DNA of 64,000 nt from Lytechinus pictus (lineage: Eukaryota). How positions within the stretch are numbered: the stretch's first letter is position 1; the number at the start of each line of letters is the position of its first letter. The translations under genes were made by a program, and so were the position numbers. Positions 38,551 through 52,996 of this stretch are shown piece after piece. Under the pieces are notes generated by a model. It was not told where the DNA came from, did not search any database, and saw only the letters and a list, made by a program, of their open reading frames with translations. The stretch covers positions 24,616,001 to 24,680,000 of the forward strand of contig NC_087250.1 in assembly GCF_037042905.1 (NCBI RefSeq), written 5' to 3'.

Positions 38551-40149
38551 GAAAACCGGGAAAGCATAGGCAGAGGCAAGGGGGGCGGGGGACACTGTTG
38601 CTGTTCAATTGTTATGAGGATGGGAAGGCAAGGGCGGCCAAACGAATTTTCGTTCGGGGGGTAAAGCCAAAAAATGAAACTCATAGGTCAAAATGGGCAC
38701 TTTGGTGATATAATCACCTTAAGATTATCATCTGCTTGAAGTCATTGTGTGTTTGATCGTGATTAAGTAGAGAAAAACTTTTTTGAAGTGACTTCTTATT
38801 ATGGCAAAATGTATATTTAGGCTTTATTTTTCGGGAGAGAGTATAATGAGCGAGCGGCTTGGTAAAAAATAATTTAAAGGTGAAGTTGTAAAACTCGTTT
38901 AGGGGTCAATTATTCTTAAAATGCCATTATTACAAGGTGTTGCGAGCGTAAATCACAAGCTAAAACTTAAGGGTATTTCAATAAAAAATGAAAATAAGTT
39001 TTTAAAAATCCGAGCAGATTTCTGCTGTCATTAAAAAGATGTGCATCTAACTAAAGAATTAACACGAGCGCAAAACGCGAGCTTAAACATACTGACCAGA
39101 AAAGGAACCTGTTAAAGAAAGCATTTAGTGACCTCTTTAGGATACATATTTCTCCAACCGAATAATTGAGAGTGCGAAGCGCAAGCTGAAAATTTGCAAT
39201 ATTCCAGCCTGAAAATTTAACTTGTATACTCTAAAAAGAGTATTTTATTTCGAAAAACATGAAAAACAGCATATTTATTTTTGAAAAAGGAACTTTCCCA
39301 TTTTGGAAAAATATGCATTTCCCTGTTTTTTATTTCATTTTTGGGGTGCAAGTGCCCCCTGCCTCCCTCCCAGCGGATCCAACTTTTGTCAAATAGGGGG
39401 GGGCAAATTTTTTTTTCAGCCATATTTTCCTCGATCGGCAGCTTAAAGTTGATTTTTGTTTGTTTCTTTGAAAGGGTAGTCCTAACAGTCAATAATTAGC
39501 TTTATACTTATAAAATAAAGTAAATATGTAATAACATGATAAACCCTCTTTAAATAATGCGAGCGCGAGCTATATTTTTTTTTTAATATGATGGGCAATA
39601 TGTTTGTGATCTTCAAAACGAGATGCCTATGTAACTAGATAACTGCTAGCAAGAAGCGCGAACAGAAATTTAAAATATAAGCTCTGACCTGATCTAAAGG
39701 GGACATTTTAAGAACTTTGCAGTTAGCCATGAAGACGATGCGTGTTTTTAAACCAGTGGCGGCGGAACGTATTTTCCTTTTTTGGGGGGGGGGGGGCATA
39801 GCCAAAAAAGGGGCCAATAGAGGCATTTTGGTGCAAACTGATATTTTCGCCATAAGATTATCATCTGTGTAAAGAGGTTGTGTGTTTTGTAGTAATTAAG
39901 TTGAGCAAAATTTTTTAAGTGATCTCTGATTGATAAGTTATATATTTACGTTTCATTTCTGCGAGCGTAGCGAGCAAGCGGTTTGGGGAAAAAATCAAAT
40001 CTGAAGATGTAAAATTCACCTTTTTGGTCAATTACTGTTAAAAGGGCATCCTTGTGAGATGTTGCGAGCGGATCACGTGCTCAAACTTTTGGAAATTTCA
40101 TGTAGGCCGAAAATGATAATAATGATAATAATGATAATAATGATATGGA

Positions 40150-40410
40150 TATCCAGGAAAGCCACTTCAGTTCTGAAAACTGTTCTCCCAGCTATTATTA
40201 TTATCCCGGCTTTAGCTGGGCTGCCTAGGCGCCCAAAGGAAGGAATTAACGAATTTCTACCGGGTACCCATTCACCTCACCTGGGTTAAGTGCAGCACAG
40301 TGTGAATAATTTCTTGCTGAAGGAAATAATGCCATGACTTGGATTCGAACCTACGACCCTCTGCCTTAAAGTCAGAAAACTTATCCACTGGGCCAAAACG
40401 CCCCACATAA
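40150..40410 (-). mobile_element. tRNA-derived SINE with conserved core
   Basis: Minus strand: tggcccagtgg (A box), ggttcgaatcc (B box), then ...gcacttaacccaggtgaggtgaatgggtacc core. Confidence 0.8.
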
Positions 40411-41104
40411 AAAGTAAACGTTCCGATTTTATTTTGTAAACATGAAAAAAGGATGTGAATTTAACTAAAATATCAAACGCGAGCGCGAAGCGCGAGCTGA
40501 AATTTTTCATATACTGACCAGGAGAGGAACCTTTTGCATTTGGTGACTCATGAATGGGATATGTGCTAGGCCTACATATCTCACCAATCGATTAATGCAA
40601 GCGCGAAGCTCGAGCTGAAAATTTGTGATATTCTATCCATGAAACTGGACATTCTAGGAATTTTATTTCACCAGGATCAGAATGACTACCTTAATGAGCA
40701 ATACTAAGTGCGAGCGCAAAACGAGAACCAAAAATGTGTGATGTTCCAACATTAAAAGTGGACATTCTATGCATGTTTTGTTACCAAGAACTGGACGAAT
40801 ACCTTATACCAAATAAAAAACTGATGAGGAGCGAGCTTATTTTTTTTTCTTTTTTTTAATTTCATGATGGCCAATTTCTAGTCAATTTTAACAGATTATT
40901 GTGCTCACGATTCGATTTTTGTAGCTTTCAACGAGATACGCGATTACGCATTCTTTTCATGATTACAAAAGTACTGAATATGGAAAAAATGTTTAGCTTG
41001 CGCTACGAGCTGCTATTATTTGATTAGAGAGATTTATATCCCATTCCTGAACTCCAAGTAATAATCTTTGAAATATCCACTTTTCTTGCCACTCGGCCAC
41101 TCTG

Positions 41105-41106
<2 letters not shown>

Positions 41107-41186
<80 letters not shown>
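41107..41186. repeat. (TA)n microsatellite
   Basis: Direct reading. Confidence 0.97.
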
Positions 41187-41187
<1 letters not shown>

Positions 41188-41825
41188 TGTATATATTCAA
41201 ATATTTAGAACGCCTTGCATTCGCATTAATTGTTTTGTTTAGATGCTCACCCTATTCATGATTACAAAAGGAGTTTAAGTTGCTAGAGCTAAATCGCCCA
41301 TGCTCCAAAATCTTGCTCGCTTCACTCAGGGATGGCGGAACCGGGGACAGGGGGGGGGGGGTGGATACTTGCCCCAAAAAATCCCGTCGGAAAAAAAGTG
41401 ACATTTTTCAAAATGGAATACCCTTTTTGGCTCGCGCTTATTAGCACTTGTATCAATTATTTTTTTTACAAGAATGCTTAGAATGTCCAGTTTTCAGGTT
41501 GGAATATCACATTAGATATCACATATCATTATTAAAAATGACATCCCCTCCAATACAAATCCTATTATCTGGAGGTTACTCGCACGCGACCAACAAACTT
41601 AATCCCCTGCATGGCTGCATCCTTAAACCATTTGCTAAAGGCAGCAATTGCTCAGATAAAATCGAAATTAGCCTATGCTTGATCCGGGCGCCTATTCTTA
41701 ATGAAATACATGCTTTTGGCCACAACACACGCATGTATCATCGATCGTTATTACTATCATTGCATAATATCGTGTTATCTTGTAATGACAACACCGTGTT
41801 TGTGACCAAAATGAATAATTTTCAT

Positions 41826-42140
41826 TTTCGGAAATACGAACCTTATTTAATTTTCGGATTAACGAACCTTCGGAATTACGAACCTTATTTCGTTTTCGGA
41901 TTAACGAACCTTCGGAATTACGAACCTTATTTCGTTTTCGGATTGACGAACCTTCGGAATTACGAACCTTATTTCGTTTTCGGATTGACGAACCTTCGGA
42001 ATTACGAACCTTATTTCGTTTTCGGATTAACGAACCTTCGGAATTACGAACCTTCGGAATTACGAACCTTCGGAAATACGAACCTTCGGAATAACCGAAC
42101 CTTCGGAATTACGAAGCTTCGGAATTACGTATGTATGCGA
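41826..42140. repeat. Repeat arm, 42-bp and 16-bp units (cgaaccttatttcgttttcggattaacgaaccttcggaatta)n
   Basis: Direct reading; produces the NYEPYFVFGLTNLR repeats in ORF 41448-42185. Confidence 0.88.
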
Positions 42141-42667
42141 GATTTTCGGGGGGGGGGGGTGCTGCGTGTGTTATTTTCCATGTAAGCAGCACCCCCTAGA
42201 ATTATGGTGGGTGTGGCAAAATTGATAAATATTGCCGAAAGGGGTCTACATTTTTTAATTAATGACCCCCCCCCCTCCTTTTTTTTTTGCTTGTCAAATT
42301 TCTCGGGAGTGAAGCCTTTCTTTTAGCTTGTCAGGTTTACATCAGCGCCCCCTGTAAAAGTTAAATCGTTCCCAGGACCCTGCGGTAGCGGATGGAGGCG
42401 TGGAGCGGTCCCCCCCCCCCCCCCCCCCATTGATTCGCCTTCATCATAGACCCCCTCCCGAAGTAAGGACTTTGTGTAAAACGGGAATGAAACATAAATT
42501 TAAATTCACTGCGAACGACTAATCATAATGTATGAAAATTGTTCACTTACTAACTACGTGAGCAATAAAAAAAGGGTTTTTATTCGAAGTAAATTCAAGG
42601 AAATGAGAATGAAGATCGTTGATTGACGCAAGGTTACCATCTACAATAGATATTCTTGTAATATATA

Positions 42668-44722
42668 CACAACAAAAAAAAGTAAGTCCCCCTTTAAACA
42701 AACCAATGCGAGTTTTTAATATATTTTTACATGAGCGTGTAGGTAATTTTCTAAGCTACCCTCTGAGTAAATGTTACGGACGTATTTTTCGTCATGCTTC
42801 AGTGAGCACCGTCAGAAGGCAAAAATGTCACTTTTCAAAAGTCACAAGCCAAATATCACAACTTTGATTCCATTTTATTGGAACTAATTCCACATTCTTA
42901 TCATGAAAAATTGTCAGAAGGCTTGTAAAAGGTACTTTCTAATAGACGATACAACTTTTTTGGCTAAATTTCACGGTTGAATAAACACAAGTCAAAATTT
43001 GCTATAATTTGATTTTTACACATTTCTATCCATAAAAATGAAAGAAAATGATGACAGTTATTTTTGGGAAGAGTTTCTTCAAAAATATTCATCGTTTCAC
43101 GGTTCAATGAACATTTATTGAAAACAAAAAATACGATTTTCAAATATCATAGGCAAGTATTGTTTCATTTTGGTAACTGAAAATGATATTTTCTCAGCTT
43201 TTTCGTTATGTTCATGACCAATTAACATGCTTCAATGATTCAAAGGCGTTTATGTAAACATTCACGCTTGAGTGAACATGTGGAAAGTGATTAGCTCTTT
43301 TTTACGTTATTTAAAAAAGTGCAATTCGTAACTATGGATATCTGTCACAAACCTCCTTGCATAGTTCATTTTATTTGATTTTTATGAAAATCCCGATGTT
43401 TAATGCATCAGTGAGCACACAATATTCTAAAATTATGCAAATTAGAGGAAAGTTCTAGGCCTTGGCCCCACATTGTGCCGTATCGAATGGTTATTTTGGT
43501 GTGCGCGCCTTTTGGATAATGTTACTCTGAAGCCATGTGCGAAGTTTCATGAAATAACTGTTGGCAGAAGCAACAAAAACCGTCCATGAAACAAACCCTC
43601 ATTTCATATTTATTAAAATTTTGACTTCCTCATTCATAGACTTGTGTACATTATGGGTGCATTTGTTTAAGAATAAGTAACCTCTTATTCAATATGGTGG
43701 AACTTTTTTTCAAGGCTGTCTTTAGCAATGTCATTTGGCAGTAATGTTTATCAACCTATGGGCAGAATTCTGAGCAAAAATGAAATCGATTTGTTTATTT
43801 ATGGATGAGTGAGCACGCATCAAAGTGGGAAAATTGGTATTGTCAATGTCACAGACTCATTTTAAAGGGTAATTGGGGGCAAAATCGGTTTCAAATGTGA
43901 CTTTAATTGCTGTTGTTTTATCATCCATCATTTCTATCACTACACACTTTCCGAACTTTAAACATTTTCATGGTTGAGCGAGCACATTCGAAAGCTTAGA
44001 AATGAATACTCTTTATACTGCATAAATGTATTCTTTTCCTTACAATTTCTCATGATCAGTCTAATTTATGGACAAATCAGTGGTGGATCCAGAATTTTAA
44101 TATGGGGGAGGGGCCTATAATGGGGGGAGCCACCAACATTTTCAAATTTTAACATGATCTAACAAGTTGTAGAGGATACTTCCATAAACCCCTATGATGA
44201 TACGTCACAACACAGGCGCCGCGGAACGGTTTTCAAAGAGGGGGGGGGGCTGAGCCAAAAGTGTGTGGGGGTCTGACCATGCAAAAAGATCATAAACGTA
44301 TGGTCATTTTTACATTTTTGTAAATGCTTTTGGAAAAAAGTGGGGGGCTGAAGCCTCCCCCCCCCCCCGCTTCCGCGGCCCTTGCAATACATTGTGCTCA
44401 CTCAACCATGAACATACGATATCAAAATTGTATGTGGAGTGGCTAAATGATGGATAGTAAAACAGCATAACACCAAAAAATTCACCTAAAAACAATGTTT
44501 GCCCAACTTTGTATTTGCACAATCTGAAAAACGACTTTCAAAAATTGTCATTTTTAATTCAATCTTTAATTACTCATGCATGACTCACCCGATCAATCTC
44601 ATTTTCCTCCATGAGTTGCTTAATGAATGTAAAAAACCACCTACGAAATATCATATCTCAAAATAATTCTGTTCGAAAGTTACAGCAATTTGATTTAGGG
44701 GGGACTTACTTTTTTTGTTGTG
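42668..44722. mobile_element. Tc1/mariner-type non-autonomous element with a nested small G/C-tract MITE (~44213-44384)
   Basis: TA|cacaacaaaaaaaagtaagtcccc ... ggggacttacttttttgttgtg|TA. Confidence 0.85.
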
Positions 44723-44949
44723 TATATATTATTGTAACTTGCCCCGTCCCGTCTTTTCTTACAGACACATTAAAATATGTATCACAAGCATTGCAACACC
44801 ACCACCTCTACATTTCGTCCTATCATAATGAAAAAAGAATAACCATCAAAATTTAATAATGAAACAGGGGCATTGTTGTGAATCCATATTTCACTAAATC
44901 CATATACACACATTTTTTTTGTCTAATTGACAGATAAAATCATGGATAG

Positions 44950-45250
44950 AATCAATTTTTTTTTAATATATAGACTACGTGAGTTGAAATGGAGTTATTG
45001 CACATGTTACTGACTTGAAACTCTGGGCTTGCATTAAATTCATTTGGCAACCAATATTTATTACAGACATCAAATAGATTAGAGTTCCTATCAGGATCAA
45101 TATCATTAATAACATCATCATGGTCATAATATATGGAATCATCTTGAGGTAATTGGTTTGGCAAACAATGGAAAATTTGATCAGGTTTAAACATATTATT
45201 CAACTCTAAGTTAGAGAGAGATGAAAAAGGAAAATTGAAGTCATGCATCA
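44950..45250 (-). pseudogene. Possible LINE ORF2 N-terminal relic
   Basis: FPFSSLSNLEL...DIDPDRN...CNKYW resembles the pre-endonuclease leader of CR1/L2-group elements (recalled, not searched). Confidence 0.45.
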
Positions 45251-45545
45251 TCAACAGTGACACACACCACCAACAGATACACAATAAAAACAGGGATATT
45301 AATCAACACACATGTAAACAAGAAATAATTGTTGAAAATGTGCACATGCATGTAAAGTCCGCAAGTAGTCTATTATTATCATTATGTTCATTAATTTCAG
45401 TAGTTCCACTGCAAGGCAAAGACAGAAGAGCAGACTCTCTCAAGTAGTCAAGTGCATGTAATGTCCTGTTCACTGTAATAACAGTTTCGTAATATCCCTT
45501 TCAGATTTTACACGTTTCTTTTTTGGTCTACATCCAGGCTTTTTC

Positions 45546-45619
45546 CAGGGGCGTCGATCCATTTTTCAGATTGGGGGGGGGGCGAAGTCATTAACGTTCC
45601 AAAGGCGCTCGATCGTACA

Positions 45620-45661
<42 letters not shown>

Positions 45662-45696
45662 ACATACACATATATATATATATATATATATATTAT

Positions 45697-45755
<59 letters not shown>

Positions 45756-46367
45756 ACTCATGAGACACAGACACGTATCTCACTACACAGATAGTACGAG
45801 TGCCGAGAGTGAGCTCAAATTTCTTTATATTCTGAGCTGAAAACTTGATATTCTTAGCATTTTTGGTACCAATGATTAAGATTTTTATCTAAAAGAGAAT
45901 AGATGCGAACGCGAAGCGCGAGCTGAAAATTTTGATATTTCGATCTGAAAAAATGACAGTTTACTGGACGTTTTTGATAAAGAACAAGCTATATATCCAA
46001 GAAAAGATGATTGCAAATTGAAGCAGTTCTTTTGAGGCTTAGAACTGAAAATGGGACATTTACATTCACCAATTTAATCATGAAAAGTATGGGTTTTTGC
46101 TACAGAAATGATGCGAGCGCGAAGCGCGAGCTGAAAATTTTTATATTCCAATCTGAAAAGCTGACATTTTGAGCACGATTTTAAATAAAGAACGAGTTGT
46201 GTATCTCAATCTCGCTTGCTGAACATTACAATCTTGTTTTTTTTTTATGCATATCCGGAATTATTGGGGGGGGGGGCAAAATGATATGTTTGCCCCCCCA
46301 ATATTTTCATTGGCGGGGCGATCGCCCCCCCTGCCCCCCCCCCCCCCCCCCAGGATCGACGCCTCTG
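45546..46367. mobile_element. Non-autonomous hAT-like element containing (CA)n/(TA)n
   Basis: TIR caggggcgtcgatcc / ggatcgacgcctctg; perfect 8-bp TSD gctttttc. Confidence 0.9.
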
Positions 46368-47722
46368 GCTTTTTCACAAGGACGGTAATCTTCCCATCGA
46401 CAGACCACGCTGCTTCAAGATAGTCCTTGGTTTCAACAGCTTTCTTTACACGGGTCCCTATTTGTTTGTTTTAGTTGAAATTTTTGCAAGCAAGCACGAT
46501 CCATGTTTTATAACACAGTATACTGCATTTTATTGCCATGATAAAATATGGTTGAATATTTATGGGCTTTTATAATCTTGACAGATCCATCAATATGTTT
46601 ATTCACATTTGTTCAAACGACGTAAGTATTGATTATTTCAGATAATAGATGGGTTCAAAGAACAGCATTGTCTTGCAACTTTTGCCACTCCCATGCATAC
46701 ATGTTTATATTATTGTTCCAGATTCTCAGAGATATCAAATTTAAGGACAAGAATGGGTTGGGCTTTTGACTCGCTATTACAGGCAGCCATCAGAACTGTA
46801 ATTTACCAGTTCATCTACTGCCAACTCGTTCGCTCATCACACCGTCTACCATGATAATTTATTATAATGCCATTCCGTCCATCAACATGTCGTCTGTAAA
46901 CTATTTGGTCCAACCATCACTTCGTCTAATCACCAGTTCGTTCGTATCATAACCAATTGACCTAATACCCAATTTCTTTACATTAATTTGCCCAATTAAA
47001 ATTTAATGATATATGGACTAAATGGTTATTGGACCAACTGGTTATTAAACGAAATGGTGAGTGGACGAAATTGCAATTCGACCATATGGATAGTGGATGA
47101 ACTGATGGTAGACCAAATGGGAGCAGATTAGTTGATAATTGGACGAATCGGCATAAAAGCAATTGAAAATAAACCAGAATTGGTTATCTTTCTATATCAC
47201 CATGAACACAGACTTAGAGCCGCCAGCAAAATCATATTTATTATACATGTATTTGGAAAAAAATCTAACAAACTGCATGCACCTTCATTGTCAAGATTAA
47301 TTTCATTGTTCATGATCACGATACTGAACCAACCACGATGACGGTTGTTTCCTACCCGGGGGGGGGGTAATTGGTTTGGACGGGGGTGTGTGGCTGATGG
47401 TTCAAAACCCATACCCATATTTACGGGTCAATTGGCTAAAAAGGTACCCATTATTAAGGATTTATTAAAAATTGACAAGCCAAAAATAAATAAATAAAAA
47501 TTAAAAGGTTATCACCAAAAATTGAAGGAGAGTATGGACCCATGTTTAAGGCCAGTATCTAAAAATAGGGGCCATGTTTAGGAATTTTCCAGCATAAAAC
47601 TATACCCCATGTTTAGAGATTTCTTACCAAAAAGCGACCCATTCCAGCGGCACATCCCCATATGCCTTATTTCGTGAGCACCCAGGTGAGTAGCCAGGGG
47701 GGCGGACGCCCCCCCCCCCCCC

Positions 47723-47758
<36 letters not shown>

Positions 47759-49142
47759 GCTCCCAATAAGGAAAAAAGAAAGGGAAAAGGAGAAAAAGAA
47801 AAAGCGAAAGGAGAAAAGGGAAGAAAGGTATAGCTTAGTTGTTTTTTTTTCCTCCTTTTTTTGGGTCAAAAGAATGAAAACCTAAACAGAAGTTTTGCTT
47901 CCGCGCGGGAAACATATCAAAATTGATATTCCCTTTTATTCCCCATACCTTTTTCTACTCCGTTTTTCCCATTCCATGCTGTGGGAATCGTATATTCTTG
48001 CCAGAAATTATATAAAGTATACACGGGTGTAAAGAGTGTGAAGAGTATTTTTTATCGCATTGACACAAAATTTTGGCTCTTCTGTCGGAGCGGTTAAACA
48101 TAACCGTCACTCCCTAAATACTATTCCGCTTTTCAGCAATTATTTTTTTGGCAAAGCATGCATCTGCTCAAAGGGGGAGGCATTAAATTCGTGCCGTGCT
48201 ATATGCAAAAGTATGTACGATGTTAAAGTTTGAAGTTTCTTAATCAAAAAAAGGAAGCGCTTAATATGAGCGAAATTACATAATTTTTTTCTTCAAAATA
48301 AATCGCAGAGGTTTCGGTGCTTCGCGAGCATGGGAAAGGAAAAGTCCTTCTTCTAGCTTGCATCATTCATCCCTTTTCACATTTTGAGCTCCCCTCACTT
48401 CTTAATCGAGTTATATATATACTCTCGGAAATATCAAAATTAAAACAGGTTAAAGTTTCGGAGAAATTTCTAAAATTCTATCAGAGCTTCAACGCCATTC
48501 GTGAGAAGGAATAGGGTTTATTTCCCTCCACCGTCTTCTACTGTTTGGCGACTCGAGTTAACGAAATTTAATGTGGATAAACTTTTTACAATCAAATCTG
48601 ATGTGACCATTGTAGGCATAATTTTATCATTTCTGTTCTCTAGTTTTATCAAACGTTTTAAGCTTCCGCTCCCTTCGCACGGTAAGAGGAATTATTTCAA
48701 ATTCTTTAGTCTTTTCCCAATTTAGGGGCAATCATAATATTTCTTTTAAAAACATTTATATTTTAATCACAGTAAGTCAATATTCGAGTTGATAAGGGTA
48801 CTAGAGAAGCAAGAGAAGACCTTCTTTTGATTTAACTTTGATGAGATATCAAAAACTCCCTGCACCCTTCCCCCCCCCCCCCCACCCCCTAGGAAGCGAG
48901 CTTCGCGCGCTCGGTAAGCATTTGCGGCGGAAGCCCAACAATTTAGGGGGAACACAAAAAATTCTAAAAAGAAAGAAAAAAAGGGGTTATCAGCCTAAAT
49001 TTTTTGGGGGACCACCAAAAAAAATTTGACAAGCAAAAAAAAAAGGGGGGGTTATCAACAAAAAATGTCTGTAAGTGATGGCACCGCACGCTTCGCGTGC
49101 ACTTACCGCCCCCTCAAAAATCAAATCCTGGCTACGCAGTTG

Positions 49143-49292
49143 TGGGTACCCCCCGGTATCCAATTAGCACCTGAGGGTGAATAGCAACGGGGGTAAGATT
49201 CTTGCCAAAATAAATTAGTCTCGCGACTAGAATCGAACCCATATAACCCTGTGATTCTCAGTCTGAGAACTTGACCACTAGACCACGACTCA
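49143..49292 (-). mobile_element. Degenerate tRNA-derived SINE
   Basis: Minus strand gtcgtggtctagtgg (A box), ggttcgattc (B box), core ending in ggtaccc. Confidence 0.6.
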
Positions 49293-51900
49293 AACATATG
49301 ATCATGAATTCAGACAATAATATTCTAATTACTGATAGTGAGAGGGGCAAGATATAAAGTCACAGGCGGAAATTCTTAAAAGCAGTGAGAAAGTGAAGAG
49401 AGCGAGCGAGAAAAACGAAACGAGCGAGCAAAATTTTCACCTTTTGACCACAAAATCTTATAGATTTTGACATTACATTTAAAAAATGATTTCAATTATG
49501 TTTCTTCCCCTTTTTTCTTGATCTTGAAGATTTCGGGGTCCGAGGCCGCCAACTTGAGCCCCCTCCCCCATTGGTAGGCCCAACGCAAAACCAATAATAG
49601 TTTAATCATTGTAAGTTAGTTTAGTAAATTTCTTGTCCATTCTTCAATTCTAGTATCAGTAAACATTTATAAGATTACCTTTTTTTCATTTCTCCGAATC
49701 AAAATCTGATGCTTAATTTTTCAGCCGTGTTATCACGCATTTATGCTTAATTCCGTCAAGCCATGTTAATACTTTCCTTGTCTCTGTACAGCAACGAATA
49801 TTGCTAATTACACTAATGTAGATGGAAGTTTTCAAATATATGTTTGTCTAAATGTAACACAGATAAAGGAAACTACAACAGGTGTTCAGTTTTCACTCTT
49901 GTCAAAGCAAATACGAACAAGAAATAAAGTGTTTCTTTATCTTTTTTTGCCAAAAAAAACCCCCAACAAGTTAGAGAAGTTTTTAAATTGTCTTTATGCA
50001 CAGAAATAGAAAAGATATTTATGTCAGAAAACGGTATAGTGAAAAAAAAGTTTGTTTTTTAAATAATGTTAGATGTTTTTTAAGAGAGAAGAACTATCTC
50101 AAGACTTACACTTTAATATAAATCTGTAAATCATATTGCTTTAATGAACGTAGGGGGTGATTCCATACGTGTCGTATGGGACATTTAAAGAACATTTGAC
50201 AGTTTTTCGACAAGGAGAACAAAAAAAATTCCAGTAACTAAAGGTGAACATCAAGTACTACCAGAGTGTTTGGAAAACCAAAACTTAACATAACTTGAAT
50301 TCGCATCCTGTATAATACAGATTTAAAATAGCAGGGGCGGATCCAGCCTTCGCCAATAGGGGGGGGGGGGGCCGGAATTTTTTTCAGCCATATTTTCCCC
50401 GATCGGCCGCTCGAAGATGTTTTATGGTTTCTTTGAAGGGGTAATCCTAGTAGTCACTTTTTAGTTTTATTCTTATAAATCAACATAAGTATATAATATC
50501 ATAATCCTTATTTATATAATGCGAGCGCGAAGCGCAAGCTAATTTTTTTGGAAATCGTATGCATTTTTTCCTAAAATATGAACATTCTGGGCAATGTTTG
50601 GTATCCTGAAAAAGATGTGTATGCAACTAAATAATTACTACAAACGCGAAGCGCGAGCAGAAATGAACTGATGGAAAAGGTACTTGTTGAAGACTGTATG
50701 CAGTTAGCCATGAAGACGTTACATATTTTAGAAATCAAATAATGCGAGCGCGAAGCGCGAGCTGAATTTTTTTGAAATTTTTACCTAAAGAATGGAAATT
50801 CTAAGCACTGTTTGTAACTTAAACAGAACAGGTATATGATTAAACCATTGATGCGAGCGCGAAGCGCGAGCGGAAAATTTTCGAGATTTAGACCTACTGA
50901 ACGAGACACATGTTTTGTAACTCATTAAAAAAGGATGAGTAATTGGGGATCTTCCTTACATTAATAAAGCTCGCGCAAAGCGCAAGCAGAAAATTTTTAT
51001 ACACGTTTTGAACTGATCGAAAAAGTACCTAATAAGGACTGCTTGCACTTAGCCATGAAGACGTTACATATTTCAACAATAAAATAATGCGAGCGCAAAG
51101 CGCGAGCTGAAAATTTTTGACTTTTCTGCATTAGAATGGAAAATTTTAATCAATTTGTGTAATTGTGAACAGGATAGCTATATAACTAAACATTGATGCG
51201 AAGCGCGAGCGGAAAAAAATCAAGATTTAGACCCCAAAACGGGACACTCTATTCATGTTTTGTAAATCATGAAAAGAATGAGTCATAGGGGATCTCCCTA
51301 CATTAATAATGCGACACAAAGCGCGAGCAGAAAATTTTTGATATTGTGATCTGAAACTGGATAATGATTTAGATAGAGAGCAAGTTGAGTATCTGAATAA
51401 ACATGTGCGCGCGTGTTTCATATTTTGACCTAGAATCTAGGCATTCTAAATACATATTTTATCATGAAATTAAAAGCGAGCGCGAAGCGCGAGCTTAAAC
51501 TCTTTGATATTCCGATCTGAAAAAAAGAGTCAATTTAAGCTCTCTATTTCAAGCACTTTGTAGAAAAATTGTGAGGTGGATATGGATCGCACTTGATAAA
51601 GAGCTGATATTTTTCATTATAATTACTTTGAGTTTTGATATAGGACATAGGACACCGGATAGGACATCCTTAGGACATCCTTAGGACATGTCATCATAAT
51701 TATGAAAATGATGACTGTCTTCCTATTCATCTTGCTAAGCGTGAGATGAAACAAAAGGGACATTTCAATTATTAAATTGATACCTTATTTATTAATGCCT
51801 AATGAGGGCGCGAAATCTGATGATATTATGGCCTGAAAAATTGATATTTCAAGCACTTTTGTAATTATAAATAGGATGCATCAGTTAATATATTTTTAAC

Positions 51901-52148
51901 CAGGGGCGGAAATCTCTCCCAAAAGGTAGGGGGACAAGGGGCTGGAAAACGGAAAATTTGACAAGCAAAAAAAAAGAAAAAAAAGGTTATCATCCCTAAA
52001 ATATATGTTTTATTTCGATTTTGAATAATGTATTTCTTACCATCATAAAAGACCACAAATAGTAGGGGGGACATTTGATATTGTGTCCCCTACTATTTTG
52101 AGTAGGGGGGACACGTCCCCCCTGTCTCCCCTGGGATTTCCGCCCATG
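51901..52148. mobile_element. Nested hAT-like MITE
   Basis: caggggcggaaatc / gatttccgcccatg; perfect 8-bp TSD tttttaac. Confidence 0.88.
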
Positions 52149-52573
52149 TTTTTAACCATTAATGCGAGTGCAAATTGCGGGCCTAAGTTTTTTATACACT
52201 GTCATGAAAAGGGGATTTTAAGTAGTTTGTTATGTTATCAATATTGAGACATACATAACTCGACCATCAAAATGCGAGCGTGCAGCGCTAGCTGATACGT
52301 TGTGACAATCAAACCTGAAAAGGGATATTTTGACAACTTTATGGAATACACGAAAATAATAGGTACCTGATAAATCAAAATTTGCCAGTGCGCAGCGCGA
52401 GCAGAAAATGTTAATATTCAGACCATAAAAATGACATTTTTACAAAGCAGTTTTAAAAATAATTTAGTAAATCTCACAAAATAATGAAAGTTCGATTTTT
52501 AGAGATGAAATATGTTTTGTATATTGACTTCCAAACTTGATATTTAAACTCCATATTTAACAAGATAACTTAT

Positions 52574-52996
52574 TGTTTGAAGGTTTGCATGGTGGTATGT
52601 ACAATCGCTGATACGGTACACCATGTGAAGTGTTGTATAAACAGTGGGTAGGAGAAGAGAAGAAATGGATAGGCGAGAAAGTGGAGATTAGAGAGTAGAG
52701 TATTCTTTCTTGAAAGTAGTCCTGAAAGACGGACAGTCAACCTGCCCGAAACGTCGAGTCTCTCTACTACTCATCATCTCTACTCGCCGACTCAAGCCAG
52801 CATCTCCTCACTAGCTCTACTACTCAAGCTGTTCTCAACTCATCAATCTTTCCTGGTTTACAGTCCTTTTCAGGACTACTTTCAAGAAAGAATACTCTAC
52901 TCTCTAATCTCCACTTTCTCGCCTATCCATTTCTTCTCTTCTCCCATCCACTGTTTCTACAACACTTCACATGGTGTACCGTAAACCACATCAGCG
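52574..52996. mobile_element. Penelope-like retroelement remnant (inverted repeat plus hammerhead-like motif)
   Basis: 12-bp TSD aagataacttat; ~120-bp inverted arms (~52607-52728 vs ~52867-52996); ctgaaagac-ggacag-tcaac-ctgccc-gaaacgtc at 52722-52755. Confidence 0.65.

Noticed and set aside
41448..42185. 245-aa ORF with NYEPYFVFGLTNLR repeats
   Set aside because: Open frame created by the 42-bp non-coding repeat arm
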